From an uncultured Acidimicrobiaceae bacterium (lineage in GTDB: Bacteria > Actinomycetota > Acidimicrobiia > Acidimicrobiales > Bog-793), in assembly GCA_963823945.1 (NCBI GenBank), contig CAWGNK010000003.1:581732-645731 (forward strand): a stretch of DNA of 64,000 nucleotides, read 5' to 3'. A program made the position numbers and the translations under genes. The notes under the pieces were generated by a model. It was not told where the DNA came from and did no database searches. It saw only the letters and a list, made by a program, of their open reading frames with translations. Shown in pieces: positions 27,190-37,684 of the stretch (the stretch's first letter is position 1; each line of letters begins with the position of its first letter).

Positions 27190-27903
27190 CTATCCCGGGT
27201 GCAGCCGCCCGGCGCGCAGGGCCACGAGGTAGGCGCCCGCCACGACGGCGGCGGTCTCGGCGCGCAGCACCGTGTCCGCCAGGCCGACGAGGCCCGGTGC
27301 GAGCGCGAGTTCCTCCGGGGTGAATCCGCCCTCGGGGCCGACGAGGACACACGTCGTGGTGGCCGTCATCGGCGGGCCACCTGGCTCGGCGACGACGAGC
27401 CCGGGAGGCGATCCGGCGAGCACCGTCTCGTACGGCACGGGGCCCTCGACGGCGGGCAGGGTCAGCCGCCGGCACTGCGCGGCGGCGGCACGCGCGATGC
27501 GCTGCAGGCGCACGTTGCGCCGCGCCGCCCCCGCCTCGTCGGGTCGCACGACGGTGCGCGCCGTCGTGAACGTGACGATGCGGTCGACGCCGAGTTCGGT
27601 GAGCTTCTGGACGGCCCACTCCGGCCGTTCGCCCTTTTGCAGGGCGAATCCGACGGTCAACGGCGGCGAAGGCGGCGGGACTGCCGTCACCGGGCCGTCG
27701 GCCACAAGCCGGGCGGGGCTGACACGGCCCCGACCGGGTCGGGCGGGCCCGGCGGCACCGAGCTCGAGCCGGCACGGGCGGAACGAGCCGCGGCCGTCGG
27801 CGGCGACCACCGCCTCGCCGTCGCCGAGGCGAAGCACTTGGGCGAGGTGGTGGGCGTCGTCGGGCCCGAGCTCGACCAGGTCGAGGTCGGCGACGAAGAC
27901 CAG
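27190..27903 (-). CDS. rsmE: 16S rRNA (uracil1498-N3)-methyltransferase RsmE; start codon non-canonical or uncertain
   Basis: The family motifs DDAHHLAQVLRLGDGE, QKGERPEWAVQKLTELGV and LVGPEGGFTPEE are present. The conserved N-terminus (ALVFVADLDL...) lies upstream of the first ATG/GTG/TTG (27837), so CTG 27903 is used provisionally. ATC 27945 is an alternative. Confidence 0.75.
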   Translation of the reverse strand: MVFVADLDLVELGPDDAHHLAQVLRLGDGEAVVAADGRGSFRPCRLELGAAGPARPGRGRVSPARLVADGPVTAVPPPSPPLTVGFALQKGERPEWAVQKLTELGVDRIVTFTTARTVVRPDEAGAARRNVRLQRIARAAAAQCRRLTLPAVEGPVPYETVLAGSPPGLVVAEPGGPPMTATTTCVLVGPEGGFTPEELALAPGLVGLADTVLRAETAAVVAGAYLVALRAGRLHPG

Positions 27904-27972
27904 CGCCCCGGCCCGGCGGACGAAGTCGAGATCGGGGGGCGCGATGGGGGGGGACCCGGGGATCTGCGCCGG

Positions 27973-29082
27973 TCAGCCGAAGCTCGACCGGATGCGGGAG
28001 ATGATGCCGGGCTCTTCGGAGGCCAGCTCCTCGCCCCGCTGGGCGGCGAGCTCTCGCAGCAGGCGCTCCTGGTCCTTCGTGAGGCCCGTCGGCGTGTCGA
28101 CGAAGATCTGGACGTGGAGGTCGCCGCGGTTGCGCCCCCGCACCTCGGGTACGCCGCGCCCTTTCAGCCGGACGACCCGGCCGGACTGGGTCCCGGGCGG
28201 GACGGTGATCGTCTCGGTCCCGTCGAGGGTCTCGATGTCGATCTCGGCGCCGAGCGCGGCCTGCGCCATCGACACGTGCTCGGTGGTGACGAGATCGGTT
28301 CCGGAACGCTCGAATCTGGCGTGCGGCGCAACCCGGACGTGGACGTAGAGATCCCCCGGGATGCCGCCGCGCACCGCCGGCGCGCCGGCACCGGTGATGC
28401 GCAGCGTCGTGCCGTTGTCGACGCCGCTGGGCACGTCGACGGTGATCGTCCGTTCGTCGAGGCGACGGCCGTCGCCCCGGCAGTCCGCGCAGCGCGACTC
28501 GATGACCTCGCCGATCCCCCGGCAACGGTTGCACGGCGTCGTGCTCACGACCTGGCCGAGGATCGACTGGCGCACCCGGCGCTGCTGGCCGGAGCCGCCG
28601 CATTGGGTGCAGGTGACGGGGCTCGTCCCCGGCCGGGCTCCGGATCCCGAGCACGTCGCGCAGGCGACGACGCCGCGGAACGTGATCGGCCGCTCCGCGC
28701 CGAACACGGCGTCCTCGAAGCGCAGATCGAGGGTCACCTCGACGTCCTCGCCGCGCCGGGTCGTGTTGGCGGTCGGGGCCCCGAACCCGCCGCCGGCGAA
28801 GAAGGCGTTGAACAGGTCGCCGAACCCGGCCGTGAAGACGTCGCCCGGGCCGGGCTGGCCGAGGCGCTCGCCATCGGGGCCGAACATGTCGTAGCGGCGA
28901 CGGCGTTCGGGGTCCCGCAGGGTCTCGTAGGCGAGCGTGACCTCCTTGAAGCGCGCCTCAGACTCGGCGTCACCGCTCGTGTCGGGGTGGAGCTCGCGGG
29001 CGAGGCGCCTGTACGCACGCTTGATCTCGTCCTCGGTCGCGGCGCGCCCCACGCCGAGCAGCTCGTAGAAGTCCTGTGCCAC
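27973..29082 (-). CDS. dnaJ: molecular chaperone DnaJ
   Basis: The J-domain is DFYELLGVGRAATEDEIKRAYRRLARELHPD. A G/F region and four CxxCxGxG zinc-finger repeats are present. Confidence 0.95.
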   Translation of the reverse strand: MAQDFYELLGVGRAATEDEIKRAYRRLARELHPDTSGDAESEARFKEVTLAYETLRDPERRRRYDMFGPDGERLGQPGPGDVFTAGFGDLFNAFFAGGGFGAPTANTTRRGEDVEVTLDLRFEDAVFGAERPITFRGVVACATCSGSGARPGTSPVTCTQCGGSGQQRRVRQSILGQVVSTTPCNRCRGIGEVIESRCADCRGDGRRLDERTITVDVPSGVDNGTTLRITGAGAPAVRGGIPGDLYVHVRVAPHARFERSGTDLVTTEHVSMAQAALGAEIDIETLDGTETITVPPGTQSGRVVRLKGRGVPEVRGRNRGDLHVQIFVDTPTGLTKDQERLLRELAAQRGEELASEEPGIISRIRSSFG

Positions 29083-29106
29083 TAGCGGATCACCATGCCG
29101 GGCGGC

Positions 29107-30129
29107 CTAGTTTCCCGACAGCTCGTGACTGAGACGCTGGCTGACGACGGCGACGGTGGCGAGTGCCTGCGGGTAGTTCATCCGGGTCGGCCCGAGGACC
29201 CCGATCGTGCCGACGAGCTCGTTGCCGACCTCGTAGGGCGCGACGACGAGCGAACACTCGGCGAGCGAGGCCAGCCCGCTCTCGGTGCCGATCGCGACCG
29301 AACGGCCCTGGGCGAGCAGGTCGCTGATCAGCGAGACGACGACGAAGGACTGCTCGAGAATCCCGAGCACCTCGCGCACGGTGTCGACGGCGGTGAACTG
29401 GTCCGCCATGTGCGAGGCGCCGCCGACGTAGACGTCCTCGTCGCCGGGCTGGGAGCCCGGGATCCCGGGGAGCACGGCGCAGCAGGACTGCACGAGCCGG
29501 TCGACGGTGGCGTCGCCCGACGTCCTCGGGGGCCCGAGGCGGCCGGGGGTCTGGCCGGGCAGCTGCTCGCGCAGGGCCTGGTTCGCCCGCTCGACCTCGT
29601 CGTCGGTGAGCGCCCCGTCGATCTCGAGCGACCGCTTCTCGACGGCGCCGTCGGAGAGCACGACGACGAGGAGTGCCGTGCGCGGCCCGAGCCGGGTGAG
29701 CAGCGACGACCGGATGCTGAGGGCCCCGTGGGCCGGTGCGACGACGACCGAGGCGTAGTCGGTCAGCTGGGAGAGCAGGCGCGAGGTGTCGCGCAGCATC
29801 CGCTCGAGCTGACCGTGGGCGTGCTCGAAGAACGCCTCGACCTGTTCCTCGCTCGCCGGGTCGAGGGCGGAGGCGCCGAGCTGGTCGACGAAGAAGCGGT
29901 ACCCCTTGTCCGTCGGGACGCGCCCGGCGCTCGTGTGGGGGTGCGTGAGGTAGCCCTCGCGCTCGAGGGCGGCCATGTCCGAGCGCACGGTCGCCGCCGA
30001 GACGTCGATCTCCCCGTCGCGCACGACGTGGGCTGAGCCGATCGGCTGCCCGGTCTGGATGTGCTCCGAGATCACCCTGCGCAGGATCGTGGACTTCCTC
30101 GCGTCGAGCGCTGGGTCCTCTGTCGCCAC
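29107..30129 (-). CDS. hrcA: heat-inducible transcriptional repressor HrcA
   Basis: The segment LDARKSTILRRVISEHIQTGQPIGSAHVV is present. The start is taken at GTG 30129 because the ORF-track start at 30183 lies inside the CIRCE operator. Confidence 0.9.
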   Translation of the reverse strand: MATEDPALDARKSTILRRVISEHIQTGQPIGSAHVVRDGEIDVSAATVRSDMAALEREGYLTHPHTSAGRVPTDKGYRFFVDQLGASALDPASEEQVEAFFEHAHGQLERMLRDTSRLLSQLTDYASVVVAPAHGALSIRSSLLTRLGPRTALLVVVLSDGAVEKRSLEIDGALTDDEVERANQALREQLPGQTPGRLGPPRTSGDATVDRLVQSCCAVLPGIPGSQPGDEDVYVGGASHMADQFTAVDTVREVLGILEQSFVVVSLISDLLAQGRSVAIGTESGLASLAECSLVVAPYEVGNELVGTIGVLGPTRMNYPQALATVAVVSQRLSHELSGN

Positions 30130-30176
30130 GTCTTTCGCCTCACGCTCTGGTGTGATCCGCCCGGGAACGCCCCCGA

Positions 30177-30203
30177 TCAGCACTCGATTCTACCGAGTGC
30201 TGA
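30177..30203. promoter_or_regulatory. CIRCE operator (HrcA binding site) upstream of hrcA-dnaJ
   Basis: TCAGCACTC-gattctacc-GAGTGCTGA is a perfect 9-N9-9 inverted repeat. It matches the consensus TTAGCACTC-N9-GAGTGCTAA at 16 of 18 positions and lies 48 nt upstream of the hrcA start. Confidence 0.85.
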
Positions 30204-30240
30204 TCGAGCCGGACACCGGGGGACCAGAGGGGTGGGCCGC

Positions 30241-32028
<1,788 letters not shown>

Positions 32029-32109
32029 GCACCCATCGTGCCATCTCCGCCGGACGGGCCCCCGACTGGCCTGCTCGCGGGGCGCACGGTCAGGCCATGC
32101 CTCCTGGCC

Positions 32110-32118
32110 TGGTACGAT
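32110..32118 (+). promoter_or_regulatory. candidate extended -10 element (TGgTACGAT) for rpsT
   Basis: A TGnTANNNT pattern lies about 50 nt upstream of the rpsT ATG, in the lepA/rpsT divergent spacer. The evidence is sequence pattern only. Confidence 0.35.
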
Positions 32119-32167
32119 GCGCCGCCCGTCCAGGCACGGAATCATCGGTACCATCGCAAGGGAATCC

Positions 32168-32443
32168 ATGGCGAACATCAAGAGTCAGATCAAGCGCATC
32201 GGCCAGAACGAGGCCCGGCGCGAGCGCAACAAGTCCGTGCGCTCGGAGCTGAAGACGCGCACGAAAAGCGCACTGTTCGCGGCCGATGACGGTGCCGACG
32301 ACGTCGCGGCGAAGGTCGCCTCGGCGGCACGACGCATCGACAAGGCAGCCGCCCAGGGGATCATCCACCCCAACCAGGCGGCCCGTCGCAAGTCGCGGCT
32401 GATGCGGGCCGTCGCCCGGACAGGCGAGACGGCCGAGAGCTGA
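32168..32443 (+). CDS. rpsT: 30S ribosomal protein S20
   Basis: The N-terminus [30 protein letters not shown] is canonical for S20. Length is 91 aa. Confidence 0.95.
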   Translation: MANIKSQIKRIGQNEARRERNKSVRSELKTRTKSALFAADDGADDVAAKVASAARRIDKAAAQGIIHPNQAARRKSRLMRAVARTGETAES

Positions 32444-32454
32444 GCGGTCCCGCG

Positions 32455-33864
32455 TCAGCCGGCGGCTGGGGCGGTGCGATACGGCGGCGAGCCGCCGTCG
32501 AGCGCGCGGAGCATCGACGTCGCGTCCCCCTCGAATCCGAGCGCCCAGACCCCGACGCCCCCGAGGTGGAACTCGGCCGCGAGGGCGCGCTTTATCGCGA
32601 CGCTCACCGGGTTGTCGAACCAGGTCTCGTGCCAGGTCGAGCCGACCCTGAAGCGTGTCCACACCGTCTGGGAGCCGGGGTCCCACAAGGGCGTCCGGCC
32701 GCCGGCGGCGATCGTCTCGTACGTCTCAACCGTCGGCGACTCGGTCAGCGCGAGCGACCCGGGTGCCCCGGTCATCGTCGTGAAGTCGACGCCGTAGAAG
32801 GGGATCCCGAGGATCAGCTTCGAGGCCGGCACGACCTTGCGGTACTGGATGAGCGACTGGACGTCGCTCAGCCCGAGGTCCCCGTTGGTGAGCGGGGCGT
32901 TCGCCGTCGAGTTCGCGGTCTGCTCCATGTCGTAGTCCATGATGAACACCTGGTCGACGAGGGGCGCGAGCTTCGCGACGTCGAAGAAGTCCCTCGAGTT
33001 CCCAGCCGACTGCGGGTAGCAGTTGAGGACGACCGTCTTGTCCATCCCGTCGTGACGCAGCGCCGTCACGAAGTCGGCCGTGAACCGGACGAAACCGGCG
33101 CGGTCGGCCTGCGAGGTGCCCTCGATGTCGATGTCGACCCCGTCCAGTCCCCCCGCGGCGACGGCCTGGGCCATCGCTGCGGCGAGGCGGGCACTCGTCG
33201 GCCCCGGGTCGTGCGCGAGGTTGTCGATGACGCCGGGGTCGGTCGTCGCGATGGTGAAGAGCACACGGTCGCCGGCCGCGTGCGCGGCGGCGGTAAGCGA
33301 GCCGTAGCCGGTGGTGGAATAAAAGGCCCAACCGGGTCCGGTCTGGAGGAATCCGCCGTCGCGGGCCACCTCGACCCCGTAGAGGGCGATGACGCTCGTG
33401 TCGGCGAGGTCAGCGGCGCTGAGATCCGGGGCTTCCCAGTACGGGACGAAGCCGAGCACCTCCTCCGGCGCGAGCGGCGCCCGGAAGAGCTTGGCCGGCA
33501 CACCGGGGGCGGCGACAACTCGGGAGGACACCACGGGGATCTTCACCGCCACGAGCGCGTCGGCGGCCTTCGCCGTCGAGGCCTCTTGTGCGAGCAGGCG
33601 CTTTATGGCCCGGGCGGCGATCTGGGCGGGCGTGAGCCTCGGGGCGGGGGTCCGGAACACGCCGGAAGCCACCGCCGCGACGAGCACGACCCCGAGCAGG
33701 ACGACGAGTCCGGCGGCGATCCGGGCCGGGTGTTTGGGCGCGGCCACAGTGCCCGAAGCGTAACGGAGCGCCGCTGCCAGATCGCGACGCTGGCTAACCT
33801 GGCTTTGAGAGGTGCTGCGGCCATTTTGGAGGCGCAAGTTGCGAGTCGTCGTCGACTTTGACAC
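32455..33864 (-). CDS. membrane-anchored glycoside hydrolase family 18-like protein
   Basis: There is an N-terminal TM helix (IAAGLVVLLGVVLVAAVASGV). The GH18 catalytic-type motif LDGVDIDIEG (DGxDxDxE) is present. The N-terminal start is uncertain because it overlaps the ferredoxin gene on the other strand. Confidence 0.7.
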   Translation of the reverse strand: MSKSTTTRNLRLQNGRSTSQSQVSQRRDLAAALRYASGTVAAPKHPARIAAGLVVLLGVVLVAAVASGVFRTPAPRLTPAQIAARAIKRLLAQEASTAKAADALVAVKIPVVSSRVVAAPGVPAKLFRAPLAPEEVLGFVPYWEAPDLSAADLADTSVIALYGVEVARDGGFLQTGPGWAFYSTTGYGSLTAAAHAAGDRVLFTIATTDPGVIDNLAHDPGPTSARLAAAMAQAVAAGGLDGVDIDIEGTSQADRAGFVRFTADFVTALRHDGMDKTVVLNCYPQSAGNSRDFFDVAKLAPLVDQVFIMDYDMEQTANSTANAPLTNGDLGLSDVQSLIQYRKVVPASKLILGIPFYGVDFTTMTGAPGSLALTESPTVETYETIAAGGRTPLWDPGSQTVWTRFRVGSTWHETWFDNPVSVAIKRALAAEFHLGGVGVWALGFEGDATSMLRALDGGSPPYRTAPAAG

Positions 33865-34033
33865 CTGTCAGTCCAACGCCGTCTGCATGGGGATCGTGCC
33901 GGCCGTGTTCGAGGTCCGTGACGACGGGTACCTCTACGTCCTCGAGGAGCACCCGGGCGAGGAGCTGCGCAGCCTCGTCGAGGAGGCGGTGACGTCGTGC
34001 CCGACCGGGGCGATCTCGATCGAGGAGGAGTGA
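33839..34033 (+). CDS. small ferredoxin (single-cluster Cx5C...CP type)
   Basis: TTG 33839 has GGAGG 6 nt upstream. The protein reads LRVVVDFDTCQSNAVCMGIVPAVFEV...AVTSCPTGAISIEE. The ORF-track start at 33812 is also possible. Confidence 0.75.
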   Translation: MRVVVDFDTCQSNAVCMGIVPAVFEVRDDGYLYVLEEHPGEELRSLVEEAVTSCPTGAISIEEE

Positions 34034-35463
34034 CCGCGCCGGCGACAGTGCGCGTCCGCTTCGCTCCCTCCCCAACGGGCTACTTCCACGTCGGAGGTGC
34101 CCGGACGGCGCTGCACAACTGGTTGTTCGCCCGGCGCGCCGGCGGGCAGTTCATCCTCCGCATCGAGGACACCGATCGGGAGCGCAGCCACCCGGACTGG
34201 ACCGCGGGGATCCTCTCGGCGCTCGAATGGCTCGGCATCAACTGGGATGAGGGCCCGTACCTGCAGTCGGAGCGCCGGGGCCTCTACGAGGACGCGGCGC
34301 GTCGGCTCTACGAGTCCGGCCACGCCTACGCCTGCGACTGCACGCGCGCCGCAGTCGATGAGCGAACACGCGCGAACCAGACCCCCGGCTACGACGGCTA
34401 CTGCCGGGAGCGCGGGCTCACGCCCGGCCCGGGCCGCGTCCTGCGATTCCGCGTCCCCGACGAGGGCGTGACCCTCGTGCGGGACATAGTGCGCGGCAAC
34501 GTCGAGTTCGCCAACTCGACGATCGAGGACTTCGTGCTGGTGAAGTCGAACGGGGACCCGTTGTTCGTCCTCGCGGTGGTCGTCGACGACATGGCGATGG
34601 AGATCACCCACGTCATCCGGGCGGAGGAACACCTGCCGACCACGCCGAAGGCTGTCATGGTCTGGCAGGCGCTCGGCGGGGCGCCACTGCCCGTCTTCGC
34701 GCACCTGCCCGTGCTCGTGAACGAGCAGCGCCAGAAGCTGTCGAAGCGGCGTGACCGCGTCGCCGTCGAGGACTACCGGGACCAGGGCTACCTGCCCGAA
34801 GCGATGCGGAACTACCTGGCCCTGCTCGGCTGGGGCCCTCCCGACCAGCGGGAGTTCCTCACCGTCGAGGAGATGATCGGCGAGTTCCGTCTCGAGGACG
34901 TCAACGTCTCACCGGCGTTCTTCGACGAGAAGCGGCTCGCGCACTTCAACGGTGTCTACATCCGGGCGCTCGGCGTGGAGGATTTCGTCGGGCGCATGAG
35001 ACGCTTCCTCGCCGACACGACGGTCCCGTGGCCCGCCGGTACCTACGACGAGGGGCAGGTCGTGCGCCTCGCCCCGCTCATCCAGGAGCGTGTCGCCACG
35101 CTCGGCGAGGTCGTCGGCTACCTCGAGTTCCTGTTCGACGAGCCGTTCGTCGTCGACCCGCCCTCGTTCGACAAGGTGGTGCGCCGCGACGGAGGGGCGA
35201 AAGCGATCCTCGAGGAGGCGGGGGAGCTGTTCGGCAAGGATCCGTGGACCGCCGAGGCATTGCGCCTCTCGCTCACCACCATCGCCGGGCACGCCGAACG
35301 TAAGCTCGGCAAGGCGCAGGCTCCGGTGCGCGTCGCGACGATGGGATCGAGCGTGGGACTGCCGCTTTTCGAGTCGCTCGAGGTGCTCGGCAGGGAACGC
35401 ACGCTGTCACGAATCGACGCCGCCCTCGCCGAACTGCTGGGACCTCAGGCGACGGACCGATAG
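34030..35463 (+). CDS. gltX: glutamate--tRNA ligase
   Basis: The GTG start at 34030 overlaps the ferredoxin TGA (GTGA). The class I HIGH region is RFAPSPTGYFHVGGARTAL and the KMSKS-like motif is KLSKRRD. Confidence 0.95.
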   Translation: MTAPATVRVRFAPSPTGYFHVGGARTALHNWLFARRAGGQFILRIEDTDRERSHPDWTAGILSALEWLGINWDEGPYLQSERRGLYEDAARRLYESGHAYACDCTRAAVDERTRANQTPGYDGYCRERGLTPGPGRVLRFRVPDEGVTLVRDIVRGNVEFANSTIEDFVLVKSNGDPLFVLAVVVDDMAMEITHVIRAEEHLPTTPKAVMVWQALGGAPLPVFAHLPVLVNEQRQKLSKRRDRVAVEDYRDQGYLPEAMRNYLALLGWGPPDQREFLTVEEMIGEFRLEDVNVSPAFFDEKRLAHFNGVYIRALGVEDFVGRMRRFLADTTVPWPAGTYDEGQVVRLAPLIQERVATLGEVVGYLEFLFDEPFVVDPPSFDKVVRRDGGAKAILEEAGELFGKDPWTAEALRLSLTTIAGHAERKLGKAQAPVRVATMGSSVGLPLFESLEVLGRERTLSRIDAALAELLGPQATDR

Positions 35464-35477
35464 GGGGTGGCGAAACC

Positions 35478-36101
35478 ATGCTGTTCGGACCGGTTCGCCT
35501 GATCTCGAAGCTCCTCTCGCTCGTCGTCTTCGCGGCGGTGGTCTACGTCGTCGTGTGCGGCGTGCAGGTCGTGAACGCCTCCCGGCTGTCGACGGCACCG
35601 GACTCGGTGCGACCCGCCGCGGCGATCGTCGTCCTCGGCGAACCGGTCGCCAAAGCGGACCGCACGGACCTCACGTCCCGGCTCCGCCAGGCGGCCCTCC
35701 TCTACCGGAGCAATCGCGCGCCGAAAGTCCTCCTCACGTGGTACCCGCCGTCGGCTGGCAAGGTGGGATCCCTCTCCTATGACACGAACTGGCTCGAGGC
35801 GCATGGGGTCACGTCCTCGGCGTTGGTCGTGCGGGAGGCCCCCAACGCTGTCAAGACGTTGTCATTGGCGGCCAAGCTCTTCGACAGGCGAGGCAGCGGC
35901 GTCATTGTCGTCACCGATGCGATCGATGCCCTGTGGACTCAGGGCGCCGGGTCGGCGGACGGATTGACGCTGCAGGTGTCCCCGCCCCCGAGCTCGAAGA
36001 AGTTCGTGTTCGACGAACTGGGACCGCTGCTGCGCGAGTCAACCGGGGTCGCGGTCGGACGGGTGTTCGGATTCGGGAACGCGGCCTGGGCGGCCTACTA
36101 G
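35478..36101 (+). CDS. YdcF/DUF218 (ElyC/SanA-like) membrane-anchored protein
   Basis: An N-terminal TM helix is followed by AAIVVLGEP...LLYRSNRAPKVLLT...WLEAHGV...VVVTDAIDALW, the DUF218 pattern. Confidence 0.7.
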   Translation: MLFGPVRLISKLLSLVVFAAVVYVVVCGVQVVNASRLSTAPDSVRPAAAIVVLGEPVAKADRTDLTSRLRQAALLYRSNRAPKVLLTWYPPSAGKVGSLSYDTNWLEAHGVTSSALVVREAPNAVKTLSLAAKLFDRRGSGVIVVTDAIDALWTQGAGSADGLTLQVSPPPSSKKFVFDELGPLLRESTGVAVGRVFGFGNAAWAAY

Positions 36102-36204
36102 CTCTCCCTGCCCGGCGTCCGGCTGGGCTGCCCTCCCTCGAGTCGTGGGCCCGCGCGAGAAGCCAGCACCGTCGTGCCGACTGTTAGGATCGCCGAACGC
36201 CCAT

Positions 36205-36279
36205 TCGGGGGTGGTGTAATCGGCAACACGACAGGTTCTGGCCCTGTTATTGGGGGTTCGAGTCCTCCCCCCCGAGCCA
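36205..36279 (+). tRNA. tRNA-Gln (anticodon CTG), CCA encoded
   Basis: Hand-folded cloverleaf: TCGGGGG TG GTGT AATCGGCA ACAC G ACAGG TTCTGGC CCTGT TATT GGGGG TTCGAGT CCTCC CCCCCGA G CCA. Confidence 0.85.
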
Positions 36280-36469
36280 GCGGTGGAGTGCCTGTGGGAT
36301 CGGCCAGACGAAGCACCTTTCGCCGCGCGGACCGGGCTTGCGCGAGGTGGGATCGCGCGCCGACGGCGTGCGTCGTTCAGTTGGCGGCGAATGCCGCGGG
36401 CGACGGTACGCGGGGCCGTGTCACACGCGGGTACGCTGCTGAACCGCCCACCTAGTGGGCGACGATCTT

Positions 36470-36545
36470 GGCCCCATCGTCTAGTGGCCTAGGACACCAC
36501 CCTCTCAAGGTGGAGACACGGGTTCGAATCCCGTTGGGGCTGCCA
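36470..36545 (+). tRNA. tRNA-Glu (anticodon CTC), CCA encoded
   Basis: Hand-folded cloverleaf: GGCCCCA TC GTCTAGTGGCCTAGGAC A CCACC CTCTCAA GGTGG AGAC ACGGG TTCGAAT CCCGT TGGGGCT G CCA. Confidence 0.85.
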
Positions 36546-36682
36546 CGAAGTCTCCTCATTAGAGCAGTTCACAGCCCAATTCGTCAGAAGCTTCTTGCCA
36601 ATTGCCAGCTCGCTACCGCATGAACCGCCAGCGTTCGTATTTGGCCAATGCTTCACGCTCGGATCGTGATCGGCGAAACACT

Positions 36683-37684
36683 TCAGACCTTTCGTGGCTC
36701 GAGGGCCCATCTCGGGCCGAGCTGCTCGCTGATCGATTCCACAACTTGCTTTACCCGCTCCCGCCTGTCACCTTGCGTCTCCAGCCACGCGACACCGCTA
36801 CCCGCAAGCCGTTCGCGAAAGCGTTGCGTCATCCAACCTCGAAGGTGTTCCCCGTCCCGTAGTCCGTCCTGGGTGAAAGCGATGTCGTCGGAGGTGAGCG
36901 CGTACAGACAGGGCCTTCGTTCTGAGGCCATCTCCTCGACGACCTCGCACCGCCCGCCCACGTAGCGCTGGTGCCAGACTGCGGTGGCCAGCACGTCTGT
37001 GTCGCAGACAAGCACGGGCCCCGAACGCCTCGCTGCCTCATCTTCGAGTGTCGCCTGATGTCGCGCGATGCTCTCGAAGTCTCGGCTTCTCCACAGGTGT
37101 TCGAGGCCGTGCTCCTCGGTGAACTGTCGGCCGTACTCGGGAACCCAGACGGTTCCAAGACGCCGCGCGAGGTCGGTGGCAAGCGTGGTCGTCCCTGTCG
37201 ACTCGGCGCCCACGATGACGACTCGCCGGCAGTACCAAGCGCGCGCGGGCGCTGAGAGCATCTCCCAGTGGCCGACGAGGTCCGCCCGAATCTCGCGACC
37301 CGCTTCCGACGGCTTCTCCCGGCCTAACCGAACAGAGACAGCCCCGAGGCAGGAGGCGAGGAGATCTCCATAGGGTTCGCCAGAGAAGACAGCCTCGACG
37401 TGTACGCGCGCAGCCGTAAGCCACTCGGCGTATCTGGCCGAACACGACGGGGTGCAGTCTGAGGTGTCGTGACCGCAGAGGTCCGGAGCGGTGATGACAG
37501 TGGCAGTCGGGAATGCCTCGACCAACCAGGTGACACGGACGTCCGCGGGCACATCCTCATCACCGTCGTCCACAACCACGCTCACCTGCTCCGAGGCGGC
37601 GATGGCCTCGCTGATCAGACGCAGATGACCGGTGTGAAGCGGCCAGAACTTGCCAAACACTACAGCCGACCGAAACCGCTTCAC
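36683..37684 (-). CDS. nadR: NadR-type bifunctional NMN adenylyltransferase / ribosylnicotinamide kinase (no N-terminal HTH)
   Basis: The nucleotidyltransferase motif VVFGKFWPLHTGHLRLI lies at the very N-terminus. The kinase P-loop is IVGAESTGTTTLA. The GTG start overlaps the pnuC stop (GTGA). Confidence 0.85.
   Translation of the reverse strand: MKRFRSAVVFGKFWPLHTGHLRLISEAIAASEQVSVVVDDGDEDVPADVRVTWLVEAFPTATVITAPDLCGHDTSDCTPSCSARYAEWLTAARVHVEAVFSGEPYGDLLASCLGAVSVRLGREKPSEAGREIRADLVGHWEMLSAPARAWYCRRVVIVGAESTGTTTLATDLARRLGTVWVPEYGRQFTEEHGLEHLWRSRDFESIARHQATLEDEAARRSGPVLVCDTDVLATAVWHQRYVGGRCEVVEEMASERRPCLYALTSDDIAFTQDGLRDGEHLRGWMTQRFRERLAGSGVAWLETQGDRRERVKQVVESISEQLGPRWALEPRKV

Noticed and set aside
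27946-27953. The G8/C8 homopolymer was considered as a phase-variation tract.
   Set aside because: It is a single tract in a housekeeping junction, with no evidence of length heterogeneity from one sequence. It is mentioned only within the rsmE start-codon finding.
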